Assembly (NCBI GenBank): GCA_031411295.1
Contig: JANOAV010000157.1
Span: 32,001 to 96,000, forward strand
Direction of reading: 5' to 3'
Length of the DNA stretch: 64,000 nucleotides
DNA from: Verrucomicrobiales bacterium
GTDB taxonomy: Bacteria; Verrucomicrobiota; Verrucomicrobiia; Verrucomicrobiales; V1-33
Below the pieces are notes generated by a model. The model did not search any database, was not told the DNA's origin, and saw nothing but the letters and a program-made list of their open reading frames with translations. Below, one piece after another: positions 57,601 to 62,628 of the stretch. Position 1 is the first letter of the stretch. Every line of letters begins with the position of its first letter. The translations under genes were made by a program, and so were the position numbers.

Positions 57601-58076
57601 CCGTCGCTGGCACCGTAACCAACGTAGTTAATACCCGTCTAACCTTGACGTGGGCCAGCACCGTGATCTTGGAAAATCTCAAGGGTGGCAGTGGGAATGA
57701 TACGTTGATCGGGAACTCCGCCAGCAATGTCATTACCGGTGGCGCAGGCGACGATGAGATCGACGGTCGCGCTGGCGTCAACACGCTTGCGGGTGGGGCT
57801 GGAGATGATCATTACTACTTCGATCTAGCCTTGGCGGGCAGAGACATCAATGGCGATGGGATCTGCAGCGCGACCGATGAACTCACGCTTGGAAACGTCT
57901 GCACGATTTGTGATAACACGATCACCGAACTGGCTGGTGAGGGTGACGACACCATCGAAGGCGCCGGTGGCGGCCTCGTCACGCTTACTTGGACCACTTT
58001 CAACATTCCCGACCCCGCATACCCTCTCTTCCGCATTAAATTTACCACCGCCTCAACCGTGGAGCATTCACTATGA
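39612..58076 (+). CDS. Giant (about 6150 aa) LEPRxLL-leader exoprotein/adhesin with RTX Ca-binding repeats, Calx-beta and SdrD-B-like domains
   Basis: N-terminal LEALEPRLLLSAD with no Sec signal; many GGxGxD nonapeptides; Calx-beta motifs (LTFAPGEVSKTV..GDD.YE.DE.F); SdrD-like (YVWHDLDLDGVRD). Start GTG at 39612 or TTG at 39570. Confidence 0.92.
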   Translation: MSLSTTSRNLQLEALEPRLLLSADGLCGAMMAASASAHQDDMLAQQSVVEVQLQSGGAGQDASATGTNGQATAVNSPNSSSNSVFDVDAGATIILDEGAGQNDAVSGNGTTNGQTAETTATTTTTAQQILTNTASQTNLSDSTDALVAVPTDATNTDGQTATNSNPTTDQMVETLRAANGPPTSPITTLPGGGRLIDLNPDNAQLFGNELVTGPGDLLKGAGGELSLINGGVWSPGHSPLITTITGNFTQLAGAETIFEIGGTTVGTEYDQTVVNGVGQGNVILDGRARITKLNLANGWVPTAGQSFTIMTWTGTRTGQFNQWLGTVADIGTDLAWVPVYNDVAKTLTLTIQATPGYNPIKTQVENLIHQVGEVGDKIDQVGALAAQLPFIGSSVSAILDQKAAIQNVLEAKLNSLTGTLSVADVTAGIESWEGQVLAGFTIRVDGVLAKFGALITNPVSWDVDLRFVRTDTINFTLGSSAAFSAALTASGTVTSTLRMDFTFGKDATDYYITVRKQEATVNLPATVTGTVGLTLPAGATTLSATGPVLFNGKVVIAPNAGILTGGKIYLTTLTSIGSGATSAVTNFTLTATGSMNVDLTLTAATSLALNAAGTMTISGGATAHLTIVGANVFTTAPNVDFKFTNATMSLGANYPGIQGSFNINTDGTTTYIDATITRLRLTVGTNRLMDMTGTASFVLANGEVAGKADLTLALGPVAGIDLTMAGTWRLEINTSADAVSVPYGLGTVSLPGGRYLRVELENGTVAFTVNPTFTLSGNFVFEQNGTGASAVTAVGASGVSFSFGDDLHPNLIMISNGAGILVLKNGGMAGSLTGTLTESIPGADLAGTFTVIMNDTGAAVSESVTVGGVTQSVVAPAGINGTESYLKIVGTGTTLTVAGVTLTGNFTYENFNTLATHLGPKVIAVGASNVTGSLTVGVTNLVTLSNGSGAFLITNDGVAGTATVTYALNVPQLTVSTAGTATLTINQTGVAVNTTVDVGLTEDAVINVQAGPYVKIETTGAILSLLGADGVTVSGNFAYERYTTADGDVVVKVAASNANLQLGALGNSNLIQVSNAAGYFLFNSNGMAGAATGTVTASIGPVMNPLISLSGAFKILINTTPYDVDEDFVLSTGAVAVEAPAGPYVRISGTGVALSVNMGAALGSVVLNGDFVFEQKRDSVTHALSYTQVGGSNISASLTTLGFTINIINGIGGFRITTAGIAGQASVPNRASASDPYNITFTSVTGVSFVAENVLFKINNTGADVPSTIVAVSDTENITFAFTGAYYQKYVGITGSVTATLTIPVNFTLKGDFSFELINLGAGNLIRLAATNVSADIKIGSNPALMSFSNGSGAFVITSAGIAGTATLDFQTGFVTVSGTIKLEINNTSSAALYNWVDPAGNAFSINLPTFPHLLICVNGHVVVGSFDIPVNFQIRQTAAGLYFETKPGGVEIFHLDPDGTFHAGTYITFPATIDFANPSPEDILTFLQTLANWFTLFGGSSLFDTMIPFTDKTLGDAVDFAKGFIETFYNKLVSAEVSGTLTAFVAGSLTGSVSITLGTTTYVVNLSGAYAGVNQLLNRLNNSINAVVGLAGKIEARINRNGAIAFALTETAMKAGTLQFSFAGATGSMATLGFGVSGGSATISRYTLEQFPLALSRIIGIAGNAASMAQWTWATALPAAPSVLLPYAPITYDPHRKVYVFPVSFTYAPTLPNVDFKWSTDIGPLGSATLSGKIKFEPSLHFGFDLGLDLNAKEVPRIISSQALPTPTNGRVSADLSFRLYVNGSSSPITITVLKTATDNNFTAQDLVADLNAALTAAANFTMPGGAIVDLGQILVFQKAGPVIALSVLQEDDLDGDGNIDVQEDVNGNGVLDAGEDIDADGRLDIKEDLNSDGDMADDYLDVLNQIKITVGINNPFATQLGFGDEVKNPDAGIGYAQGYYQSVVNSGMKGIFLDNIDLSATLKITTPVSITGTLNFGFLKISVNGGQLTTTDPYANTVKDIKLAFGVSDPTTGGERFYLSEMMDALNNIGTYIDGPDLTGALYLGFTNVSATIGSHTLFNTGEISIWIPNISVLTYNERAYNALDPLANEGTFLKYPSFGLGGGTSFQKISFTDVLHGLQAAVDTISDFSAFSFLNEKIPVINLSLHDLVDYAGQFADLVDAITGAGSSNIQDMLATLKANVVTLFHIDPNAFDINLDTNGIVYGSGVTVSTTSGINSRFTFNPNGLHNGFTITSGATSALMNGSQLVIMCDPSVTGNNALPTWDPVAKILTVLIDVNNTTAATVVARINSVLGATWSAALITTDSAVTNLGTGKIHTNALKFSFHYTAAYANQLPLQLDLADLVDAMGADNNTVKEFLKAATTLIHIGGSGMLNVSASAAVTLDFGLDLTNPCAPSLFLYDTTGVSLTAKVTATNLNFDASIGGLGIYIRNGSVTFDYDGKGGSTSPAILALTLKDTDGDGRHSIDATLLSFDNLALVAHAGITAVLPLFAPTASIAVGSTTDANGDGYPDNAIVLDVPDLVRLLVNDTTGLNSTNHQEGKLTFRGNANDLLLTEVATGGSSLTVVFHHNAAIGVGAPTLVRTGNTLDITINSGITLASQLVGAWASGTINITLPAGDTASNYAADNGKLRKFTLYAPNLNGLFDNLDLCALIDSATGPFLTSLDGALLHIQNGLTEAVASSNLPLIGDGMAGVATFIQNFREGLLAELRARIAAAGGSAIGAVQDAIKEAIWNSLGPNGLNILVNAATGAALDPAAGYSQLDVVLTCDGLAVNIRLKKELALLDTTQNPIDFDLGVDGFGLSVEGNVKLSLGFDLKLGFGFNKSDGFYIVTSDGSGDPELVLGFEATIPGLAAKGTLFFLQLDVNDDPDAPSSFVGRFMVDLRDPNSDGKLTWAEITGSGTALGDIVHADLEAIADINLQLEASFGGNANFPHILADFHLGWSWSLSGGSTDPDIAFNNVRLDLGTFISDVIGPILAKVQEITGPIQPIIDIAVARLPILSDLAGKDITFLDLAEAFGYLDPGTRKFIEQIIKVIDLINSIPTGGGSVIIPIGSFHLGQASDGNYTSVNPLGSLSVEDLATRIQNDLDAASSASLTQQTQTAGFVGDQGLGSMDNFKIPFLQNPSELFGLFTGQAVRLIEWQMPTFKFEFTYTQKIPIYPPLYAQFGGTIGAEFQIGFGYDTSGIQKFIEGGAKDVAQIFDGFYIADYDANGHERPEVTLKGEIFAGVSINLGLVEVGVNGGISAVITFDLNDITKDGRVHVSELIANAQQDVRCIFDIHGELRLFLEAFLKVNLFFFKIDKTWRFGDFLLFSFDITCPVPTLASVDGSGKLTLNMGTNAAARLEIDTSDGAETFTVSHVSGDATNEKVSVTWRSYSQEFDGVKSIFANAGANNDYLDVTGTLVPVDIDMGAGDDTLILGWGAGSTARGGAGNDKITVPTDDQSVVRNTTNTIYGDDGNDSLVGPGNVSITIYGGGGTDVVTGSSQADILDGGDGADTITGNAGDDTITGGAGNDKIYGNDGNDIIDAGAGSDFVAAGSGNDSITAGTGDDEIFGDDGNDKIAGGSGNDKLYGNGGADLIVGDDFNLTLFTYDLSTANTVGGTYTISAITGTGNDFIVGGGSFDVLFGGDGDDFIFGGNYFSGGTTQLIEDDDNDFMDGGRGNDQMFGDDANGKEGDRDTGISITSYVWHDLDLDGVRDSTEAGIPNVTVNLYKASDNSLFTTTKTDSSGKFALVGLDPLDYYITFSILTGYTPTLQNVGDALPFTDLDTAGELTTDSDIDATGKTSVFQMDYNEAAINIAAGFTGVPQLTVTTKAVNEGGSGKQTAVTFTYTLSGPSLSSITLNYSTLDGTATSAGKDYTKVNSTALTFAPGEVSKTVTITVTGDDMYELDEDFKLVTVPATPSQLFGSPASVVTQAIIVNDDARPVFTITDASLTEPGVNQLVKISIKLVNPSYQTVTVGYLTTDEFDPVLGTRTARSATAGIDYTVLSGTATFLPGDVQKDIYVRVLGDSVDEYDETLFITLFNPTNAAISDSTGSIVILDNDVAPTITLTPFNPDGGAAPLNFRTTVFETDFTAQAVQFNVTLSGLTEKTITVRYDTARGTAISDSFDELNEPIDFTNNATSLDFASASDSDTTLTFSPGGPLTQVLTVWVQPDNKTEGDEFFYVNLLNTENATISNNHVIVKIVDDDSGPSGVGSPFDVRFSRPDYHAAEGDVATTGYVTLVRSLTSTKAYTILSMDGGTATFTTDYTTSGSNRQLITFEVGEAVKLVPIYIVGDNIHETDETILFSLRKPTGEPVRGSPGSATFTIEDDDDVAVLVKAITTSVTEGGAYQFEIHIVDYNDPLHPDIVTETPISVNYGTLNLTALAGSDYVSTAGVATFPSGSSAPWLVGALTINPGVADPEATELFRLRVTSVPTGVFLAQSFADISIIDNDTTTIKGYVFHDNNDNGYWDQDGSEPAFAGVKVALTDSSGSTYNLVTAGDGSYSQLVLYGNVHVAVDGTGALNPIEGYEVTTDNDNQDVVFTAGSAPLTNIGYLKGFTLVLPEAAETTGRGGTDDTIFGGPGDDYIDAGAGDDHVVGGHWQTATSNNSPINQGTYDAVIIANFGASITNPQTAPIWSISTAGLGGGSISGQIWVDTNNSNVQDEGLYTAGEVMITLLDGAGNVVNVVATTTGSYTFTGLYKGTYIVQWDLPSGQQFVTPGIGGPAVNSDAVVAGRTAKLTLATDTSVLNNIDAGLEASGTLPVASGSSIQFSQSSYHAVESATVGTHSFITITLLRSNAATVENVAWFMNDGTALAGVNYVKTQGTVNFAIGETLKSFEIELISTGQNICDAKDFSLSTRKPTGQPIRGGETTIYIHGVAASSNTDDDTILAGDDWDVVLGDSGYIDADALPNTASTKIHDTGGLGYDDIHGDDGPDYINGQLGDDILAGDEGDDIVLGGYGDDRIEVTLDDDLIFGGNGRDVVFGTYDGQVIQIDAAKIWFSLDTTVNSGDSEFTLNGVEAVELFGGAGDNTFIVNGWAGEAFLFGGDGTDALKVTNDMDMKLADASALQKLLYALLNGMNVEANLTLLTTGTAYHVGEFETVSLAGGASANSIDASGYSKDVTLEGAGGDDTLIGGTGKNTFVFDVDNVLGTDTVTGNASTDTLDFSSSASGVTVNLSMVGLTQTVRAGFLSLFLTATDIENVIGSSTVDSLTGNSLNNTITGGAGGDTMAGGTGNDTYILDTDTALGADVITELLADAGEDTLDFSGSSSLQITLDMALTTAQIINANLTITLTGGGFENAIGGDKDDDMKGNALANKLYGNAGNDTLFGATGDDFLDGGLGTDTLDGGDGSDSISAAADSNFQLTNAQLTRNGSDVDYLNLIERATLTGGVSNNVFTLTGWTGNATIAGAGGTDTLIYNADVDMILTGAAGTDLLSLNGGAYTFSLTGVEAYLLTGGVSNNTLNANGYNSGGSVTLDGAAGNDTIVGSNGSDILRGGSGNDAITGGIGFDIIDGGTGTDTLVELNAFSSNLSNTTLNIIYSPLPGAPSYTDSLSSIEGLNIAGTGVNNSFTVTGSPVATVTLNAGGGLGDKLIVSTSYNATLTNTSLALSNLPGVTFTLSNFELAEITGSAGANVLNAAGFSGSVTLTGGNGNDTLTSGSGNDTLDGGDGNDTYKFNTSTALGTDTIVDASGTDTLDFSGSSLGVTLNLTLLSNPANANLTVNWAAGVSLENIIGGSLGDTLTGTSGDNQLTGGAGNDALNGGAGNDTYFFNTNTALGTDTLNDTAGTDTLDFTGSTGTVTVNLANATNIVNANLTINYTGTFENVIGGSGNDSLTGNGSDNQLTGGAGTDTLDGAAGNDTYLFDTDTALGTDTIVDISGTDTLDFSASALGVTMDLNTAAVLGFVTNVVNANLTVRWATGVTMENLTGGSGNDTLSGNSSANILIGGAGNDALNGRGGNDTYAFNTDTALGTDTISDSAGTDTFDFSASTTNVSVNLETTAVAGTVTNVVNTRLTLTWASTVILENLKGGSGNDTLIGNSASNVITGGAGDDEIDGRAGVNTLAGGAGDDHYYFDLALAGRDINGDGICSATDELTLGNVCTICDNTITELAGEGDDTIEGAGGGLVTLTWTTFNIPDPAYPLFRIKFTTASTVEHSL

Positions 58077-61000
58077 AAACTTCCACTTTCAAACTAACAC
58101 TCGCCCTGCTTAGCGCAGGATTTATCGCCACGTTTTCGAATGCCGTTGCCGCCAGTATCAATTGGAATGGCACCGTCAACGGCACTTGGAACATCGGTGC
58201 CACGGGCACAGCCAATTGGCTGGATTCAACGGGGAACGCCAAAACGTTCTTCAACGCAGATGCCGTTACCTTCAGTGATGCCGCCACCGGTCCCACTACG
58301 ATTACTTGCTCAGGCGGACCTGCTCCGGCCAGCATGACGTTTACGAACAATACCAAAAACTACACCATCACTGGGCCCCTTACCGGGAGCGGTGGTATCA
58401 CCAAGAGCGGATCGGGAGTCGTCAACTTGCTGGGCGCGAATACTTTTACCGGAGGCATTTCGTTGCTGGCCGGCACGTTCGCCATGGGCGGCAGCAACGT
58501 GCTGCCGGACACTTCGCCTGTTGTTTTCAATGGCGGGAAACTTTCCACGGGTGGAAATTCTGACCTCGTGGGCCCGTTCGCGTTAGTGGGAAATTCCACC
58601 ATCGATATGGGCGCAGGAAATTCCATCCTGACATTTGCCGACGATACCGATTGGTCATCCACAGCTACGCTCACGATTTTGAACTGGACCGGCACTGCGG
58701 GCCAGGCTGGCGGCACGGATCGGGTCGTGTTCAGTAAACTCAGTATCGCACCGACGACTGCCGCGCTGGCAAATGTGCAATTCTACGATGCCGCAGGATC
58801 CGCCATCGGCAGCGGGGCCGTGCTGATCAATAATGAACTGGTGCCCGCAGCGGCTGCCGTGCCGCCGATTACGATCATCTCTGGCGTAGTGGATGTGGAC
58901 AACAATAACGTTTTCGATCATCAAGGCGAAACGCCGGAATACATCGTGATTAAGAACAGCGGCACCACTACCGTTTCCCTATCAGGATGGACGCTTTCCA
59001 ATGATCCGCAGCAGCCATCCCTGTGGGCGTTTCCCACCAATGCATCCATCGCAGGTGGTGACACCAAAATCATCTTCGCGTCTGGAAAAAATCGCACCAA
59101 CGCAGAGCCTTACGCCACCAATTTCCGCCTGCCTTGTCCGCCGGCTCCGATCGCCTGCCTTTACCAGCAAGCCGTCCTCCGATCCCAACTAACCGTGCGC
59201 GGAACTGGATGTCGGCCCTGCACCAACCTGATTCAAAAGGGCACCCCACTTTCTTGGATCATTCCGGACACCACATTCTCCTCCGTCGGCACCACTTGGA
59301 CCACGCCGAATTACAATGCCGGGCAATGGAGCACGGGCGCCAATTGCATCGGCTACGATGGCGATCCCATTTGCGATAACCTAATTTTATACAGCACGTA
59401 TAACAGTGCCGACGTGGACACCATCAATAAGATTATCTTCGACACCAGTGGGCCAATCCTGCATCCCGGAACCTATCCCTCCACTGGGGTTACCTTCCCC
59501 GCAGCGGGCAGGGTCTCGAATGCAGTCCAGTTCACGGGGGTGGTGGCTCCGGCCTCCATGGTTACTTACGTGCATCATGAGGAACTCAATCCCACTAATA
59601 AGGATTACACCTTCGCCATCTGGGTCAGCCCGACAAACCTCTCCGGTTCTCCACAGATCGTCTATCATAAAATGGATGTCCCCACCAGCACAGGATATTA
59701 TTTGAGCATTGATGGTGATGGAGGCGCCACCTTCGGACTCGCGGCGGGGAGTAATCAGATCTTTACGGTGCGCACCTTGCAGCCCATCACTGCCAATGGT
59801 TGGACCCACTTGGCAGCGGTGATAGATCGCACTAATAATGCGCTCAAATTGTATCGTGGCGGCACTTTGGTAAACACTACCGTCCTGCCAGGGGCTGCTG
59901 CCTTTAGCGTCGCTAACACGAAGGCGTTGATCTCTGCCCAACCCTTCAATGCCGCGACCCAGATACCATTTACGGGTCGCCAGGATGAGTTCGCCATCTG
60001 GGGACGGGCGCTTCCGGCCACGGAGATTGCCACCGTGGCCAGTCAGGGACTAGCGGGTCTTTCCTTCAAAGTGGCCCCTGCCGGCCAGACCTACAGTCCG
60101 CCCTACAACACACTCATCACGACGAGTGTGAAGACGGCCATGAAAGGTGTCAACACCAGCGCCTACCAACGCATCTCGTTTACGATTCCAGATGCCACTT
60201 TAGTTACCAAGCTACAATTAAGCATAAACTATGACGATGGTTTCATCGCCTACATCAACGGCACCAAAGTTGCCGAGCGCAATGCGCCTGCGCCACCTGC
60301 TTTCAACTCCGCAGCCACCATTGATCGTCCGGATACCGATGCTCTGACCGCCGAGATCATTGATTTGACGGCCTTCAAGAGTTTGCTGGTCACTGGTTCA
60401 GGAAACGTGCTGGCCATTCACGGCTTGAACGCTGGCATCGCTGATCCTCGATTCCTCATCTGCCCGGAATTGTGTATTGAAGAAAATTCTAGCAATGCCT
60501 GCTTCTGCTCCACTAATGGCAGGAATTTCTGGATCGCCTTCCCCGGCAATGAGCCGGATGAAACCACGAATCCGCTTGTCCTCAGCGTCTGCATCACTGG
60601 CACTACTGGCACCACCGGGGTGGTCACAGCCCCCTCCATCGGACTGAGCACCGCCTTCACCATTCCTGCCTCCGGTTCCATTACCATTCCTCTCGACAAG
60701 AAGCTCAGTTTAGAAGCGAGCGATACGATTGAGTCCAAAGCCGTCCGCATCGTCGCGAATCAAGATGTAGCGGTCTATGCCAGGAGTCGGGAGGATTACA
60801 CTACAGACACCTATCTGGCCATCCCTGCCGCCTGCCTGGGGAGCGAGTATCTTGTGCTAGGCTACAAGAATTTATGGCAGGGGTTCCCGGACTTAAATGG
60901 CTCTCAGTTCGGTATTGTGGCTCCGGCGGACAACACCCGCGTCACAATCAAGCCCAGTAAACTCACCAACGGCCACCCCGCCGGAGTTCCCTACTCTTTC

Positions 61001-62437
61001 ACGCTGATGCAAGGCCAGACTTATTTCCTGCGGAATACCACGGCCGACACCACCCCTGATCTCGATGATCTCAGCGGCACAGAAATTCTATCCGACAAAC
61101 CCGTGGCAGTCATGGCCGGCCATCGTTGCGCCAATATTAATGGACAGACTTTTTTCTGTAACCACATCGTCGAACAATTGCTCCCAGTTCCACTTTGGAG
61201 CACGGAATACGTCAGCAGTCCGCTGAAAACGCGCACCAACGACACCTTCCGCGTGATCGCCTCCAGGAACTCCACGCTGGTGTATTTCGATGGCGTAGCC
61301 AAAGCACTGCTTAATCGGGGCGAGATTTTTGAAACCGTGGAAAGCGTCGCACGGGTGATCTCAGCCAATGCCCCGGTGCTGGTTGCGCAATACGCCAACA
61401 GTTCTGATTACGACGGAGTCGCCAATTCCGATCCAGCTCAAATCAACCTCCAGCCGACTCGCAGTTGGCTGGGAAGTTACAAAGTGTGCGTTCCTCCAAG
61501 CAATGAGTTCAGCAAGAGTTACGTTAACGTTGTGGCCGGATCCTCTGCCGATATTGCCAGCATCATAATCAGCCCGGCTGTTATCTCCACGGAAGGCCCC
61601 TTCGCCACGCCAGGCGGTAAAGCCTACGCCCGCTACGAAGTCAGTCCCAGCACGACTTATTCCTTTAGTGGCAAATCATTCGGTCTGATCCAATACGGAT
61701 TCGATACGTATGACGCTTATGGGAACAGCGGAGGCATGGGGTTCAATGATTTCTTCCCGCCCACGTTCGGAACCTGTCCGAGCGATCTGACCATCTACTG
61801 CACCAGCACCGTGGCCGCGTGCACCGCTCCCATGCCTGATCTGATTCCTCAACTCAGCATCACGGACAACTGCTGCTCCTATGCGAGCTTGACGCTGCGC
61901 CAAAGCATCGCCGCGGGAACCCTGCTTTCCGAAGGAGATTATGTCGTCACCATTACCGCCACGGATTGCGTGCAGAATACCAGCACCTGCGTGATCAACC
62001 TCCACGTTCGCCCAAACTGGCAAGCCAGCAATTTCCCCACCACCTACGGCAATGCAGCCTTGGAATTGACCACGTGGGGTTGGACCGCCGATAAAGATCG
62101 CGACGGCATCCCTAACAATATGGAGTATGCCCTGGGCACTGATCCTAACGTGGCCAACGACCTCTCCAACATCGTCAAAGTAAACTTAGTGAACAGCGGC
62201 AACGATCAGTTCCTGGAAATCTCCTACCGCCGGCGCCTCGACGATCCCAGCTTGGAATACATTTGCCAAGGCAGCCCCGACCTCCAGAACTGGACCCAAA
62301 GCCTGGGCCACTTCGAAGTCCGCAGCGTCGCCCCGGATGCCCTCCCCGGTTATGAAAGAATCACCGAACGCTGCCTGGAATCTCCCACCTTTAACAATAT
62401 GAGATATTACCTGCGGCTAAAACTGGTGCAGCGCTGA
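58073..62437 (+). CDS. Secreted multidomain protein (autotransporter beta-strand repeat, lamin-tail, LamG-like, DDG module, IgGFc-binding-like, HYR-like)
   Basis: Signal peptide; ITKSGSGVVNLLGANTFTG; EYIVIKN..LSGWTLS; WTHLAAV..DEFAIW; SDKPVAVMAGHRC..HIVEQLLP. ATGA overlap with the giant gene. Confidence 0.85.
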   Translation: MKTSTFKLTLALLSAGFIATFSNAVAASINWNGTVNGTWNIGATGTANWLDSTGNAKTFFNADAVTFSDAATGPTTITCSGGPAPASMTFTNNTKNYTITGPLTGSGGITKSGSGVVNLLGANTFTGGISLLAGTFAMGGSNVLPDTSPVVFNGGKLSTGGNSDLVGPFALVGNSTIDMGAGNSILTFADDTDWSSTATLTILNWTGTAGQAGGTDRVVFSKLSIAPTTAALANVQFYDAAGSAIGSGAVLINNELVPAAAAVPPITIISGVVDVDNNNVFDHQGETPEYIVIKNSGTTTVSLSGWTLSNDPQQPSLWAFPTNASIAGGDTKIIFASGKNRTNAEPYATNFRLPCPPAPIACLYQQAVLRSQLTVRGTGCRPCTNLIQKGTPLSWIIPDTTFSSVGTTWTTPNYNAGQWSTGANCIGYDGDPICDNLILYSTYNSADVDTINKIIFDTSGPILHPGTYPSTGVTFPAAGRVSNAVQFTGVVAPASMVTYVHHEELNPTNKDYTFAIWVSPTNLSGSPQIVYHKMDVPTSTGYYLSIDGDGGATFGLAAGSNQIFTVRTLQPITANGWTHLAAVIDRTNNALKLYRGGTLVNTTVLPGAAAFSVANTKALISAQPFNAATQIPFTGRQDEFAIWGRALPATEIATVASQGLAGLSFKVAPAGQTYSPPYNTLITTSVKTAMKGVNTSAYQRISFTIPDATLVTKLQLSINYDDGFIAYINGTKVAERNAPAPPAFNSAATIDRPDTDALTAEIIDLTAFKSLLVTGSGNVLAIHGLNAGIADPRFLICPELCIEENSSNACFCSTNGRNFWIAFPGNEPDETTNPLVLSVCITGTTGTTGVVTAPSIGLSTAFTIPASGSITIPLDKKLSLEASDTIESKAVRIVANQDVAVYARSREDYTTDTYLAIPAACLGSEYLVLGYKNLWQGFPDLNGSQFGIVAPADNTRVTIKPSKLTNGHPAGVPYSFTLMQGQTYFLRNTTADTTPDLDDLSGTEILSDKPVAVMAGHRCANINGQTFFCNHIVEQLLPVPLWSTEYVSSPLKTRTNDTFRVIASRNSTLVYFDGVAKALLNRGEIFETVESVARVISANAPVLVAQYANSSDYDGVANSDPAQINLQPTRSWLGSYKVCVPPSNEFSKSYVNVVAGSSADIASIIISPAVISTEGPFATPGGKAYARYEVSPSTTYSFSGKSFGLIQYGFDTYDAYGNSGGMGFNDFFPPTFGTCPSDLTIYCTSTVAACTAPMPDLIPQLSITDNCCSYASLTLRQSIAAGTLLSEGDYVVTITATDCVQNTSTCVINLHVRPNWQASNFPTTYGNAALELTTWGWTADKDRDGIPNNMEYALGTDPNVANDLSNIVKVNLVNSGNDQFLEISYRRRLDDPSLEYICQGSPDLQNWTQSLGHFEVRSVAPDALPGYERITERCLESPTFNNMRYYLRLKLVQR

Positions 62438-62628
62438 ACTGCCTAAGGCGCTCCCGGCTTGCCGAGGCCCGCCTTGGAGACGCTGGGAGAAATTGTTGCA
62501 TTTAGGATTGATTTCAGACGCGAAATTTTGCATCCTGTGCGTGTGGGGGCGTGGCTTAGGGGATTTCCCCATAGGCCTCGCTCTCTTTCATTTCTCGATT
62601 GCTCCCTCTTTGGTCCCCTCCCCTCCCC

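Noticed and set aside
40118..58048. Numerous minus-strand ORFs up to 486 aa
   Set aside because: Antisense shadows of the giant gene in GC-rich DNA; no recognisable motifs.
62445..62480. Possible intrinsic terminator after the 58073 gene
   Set aside because: Imperfect hairpin with no U-tract.
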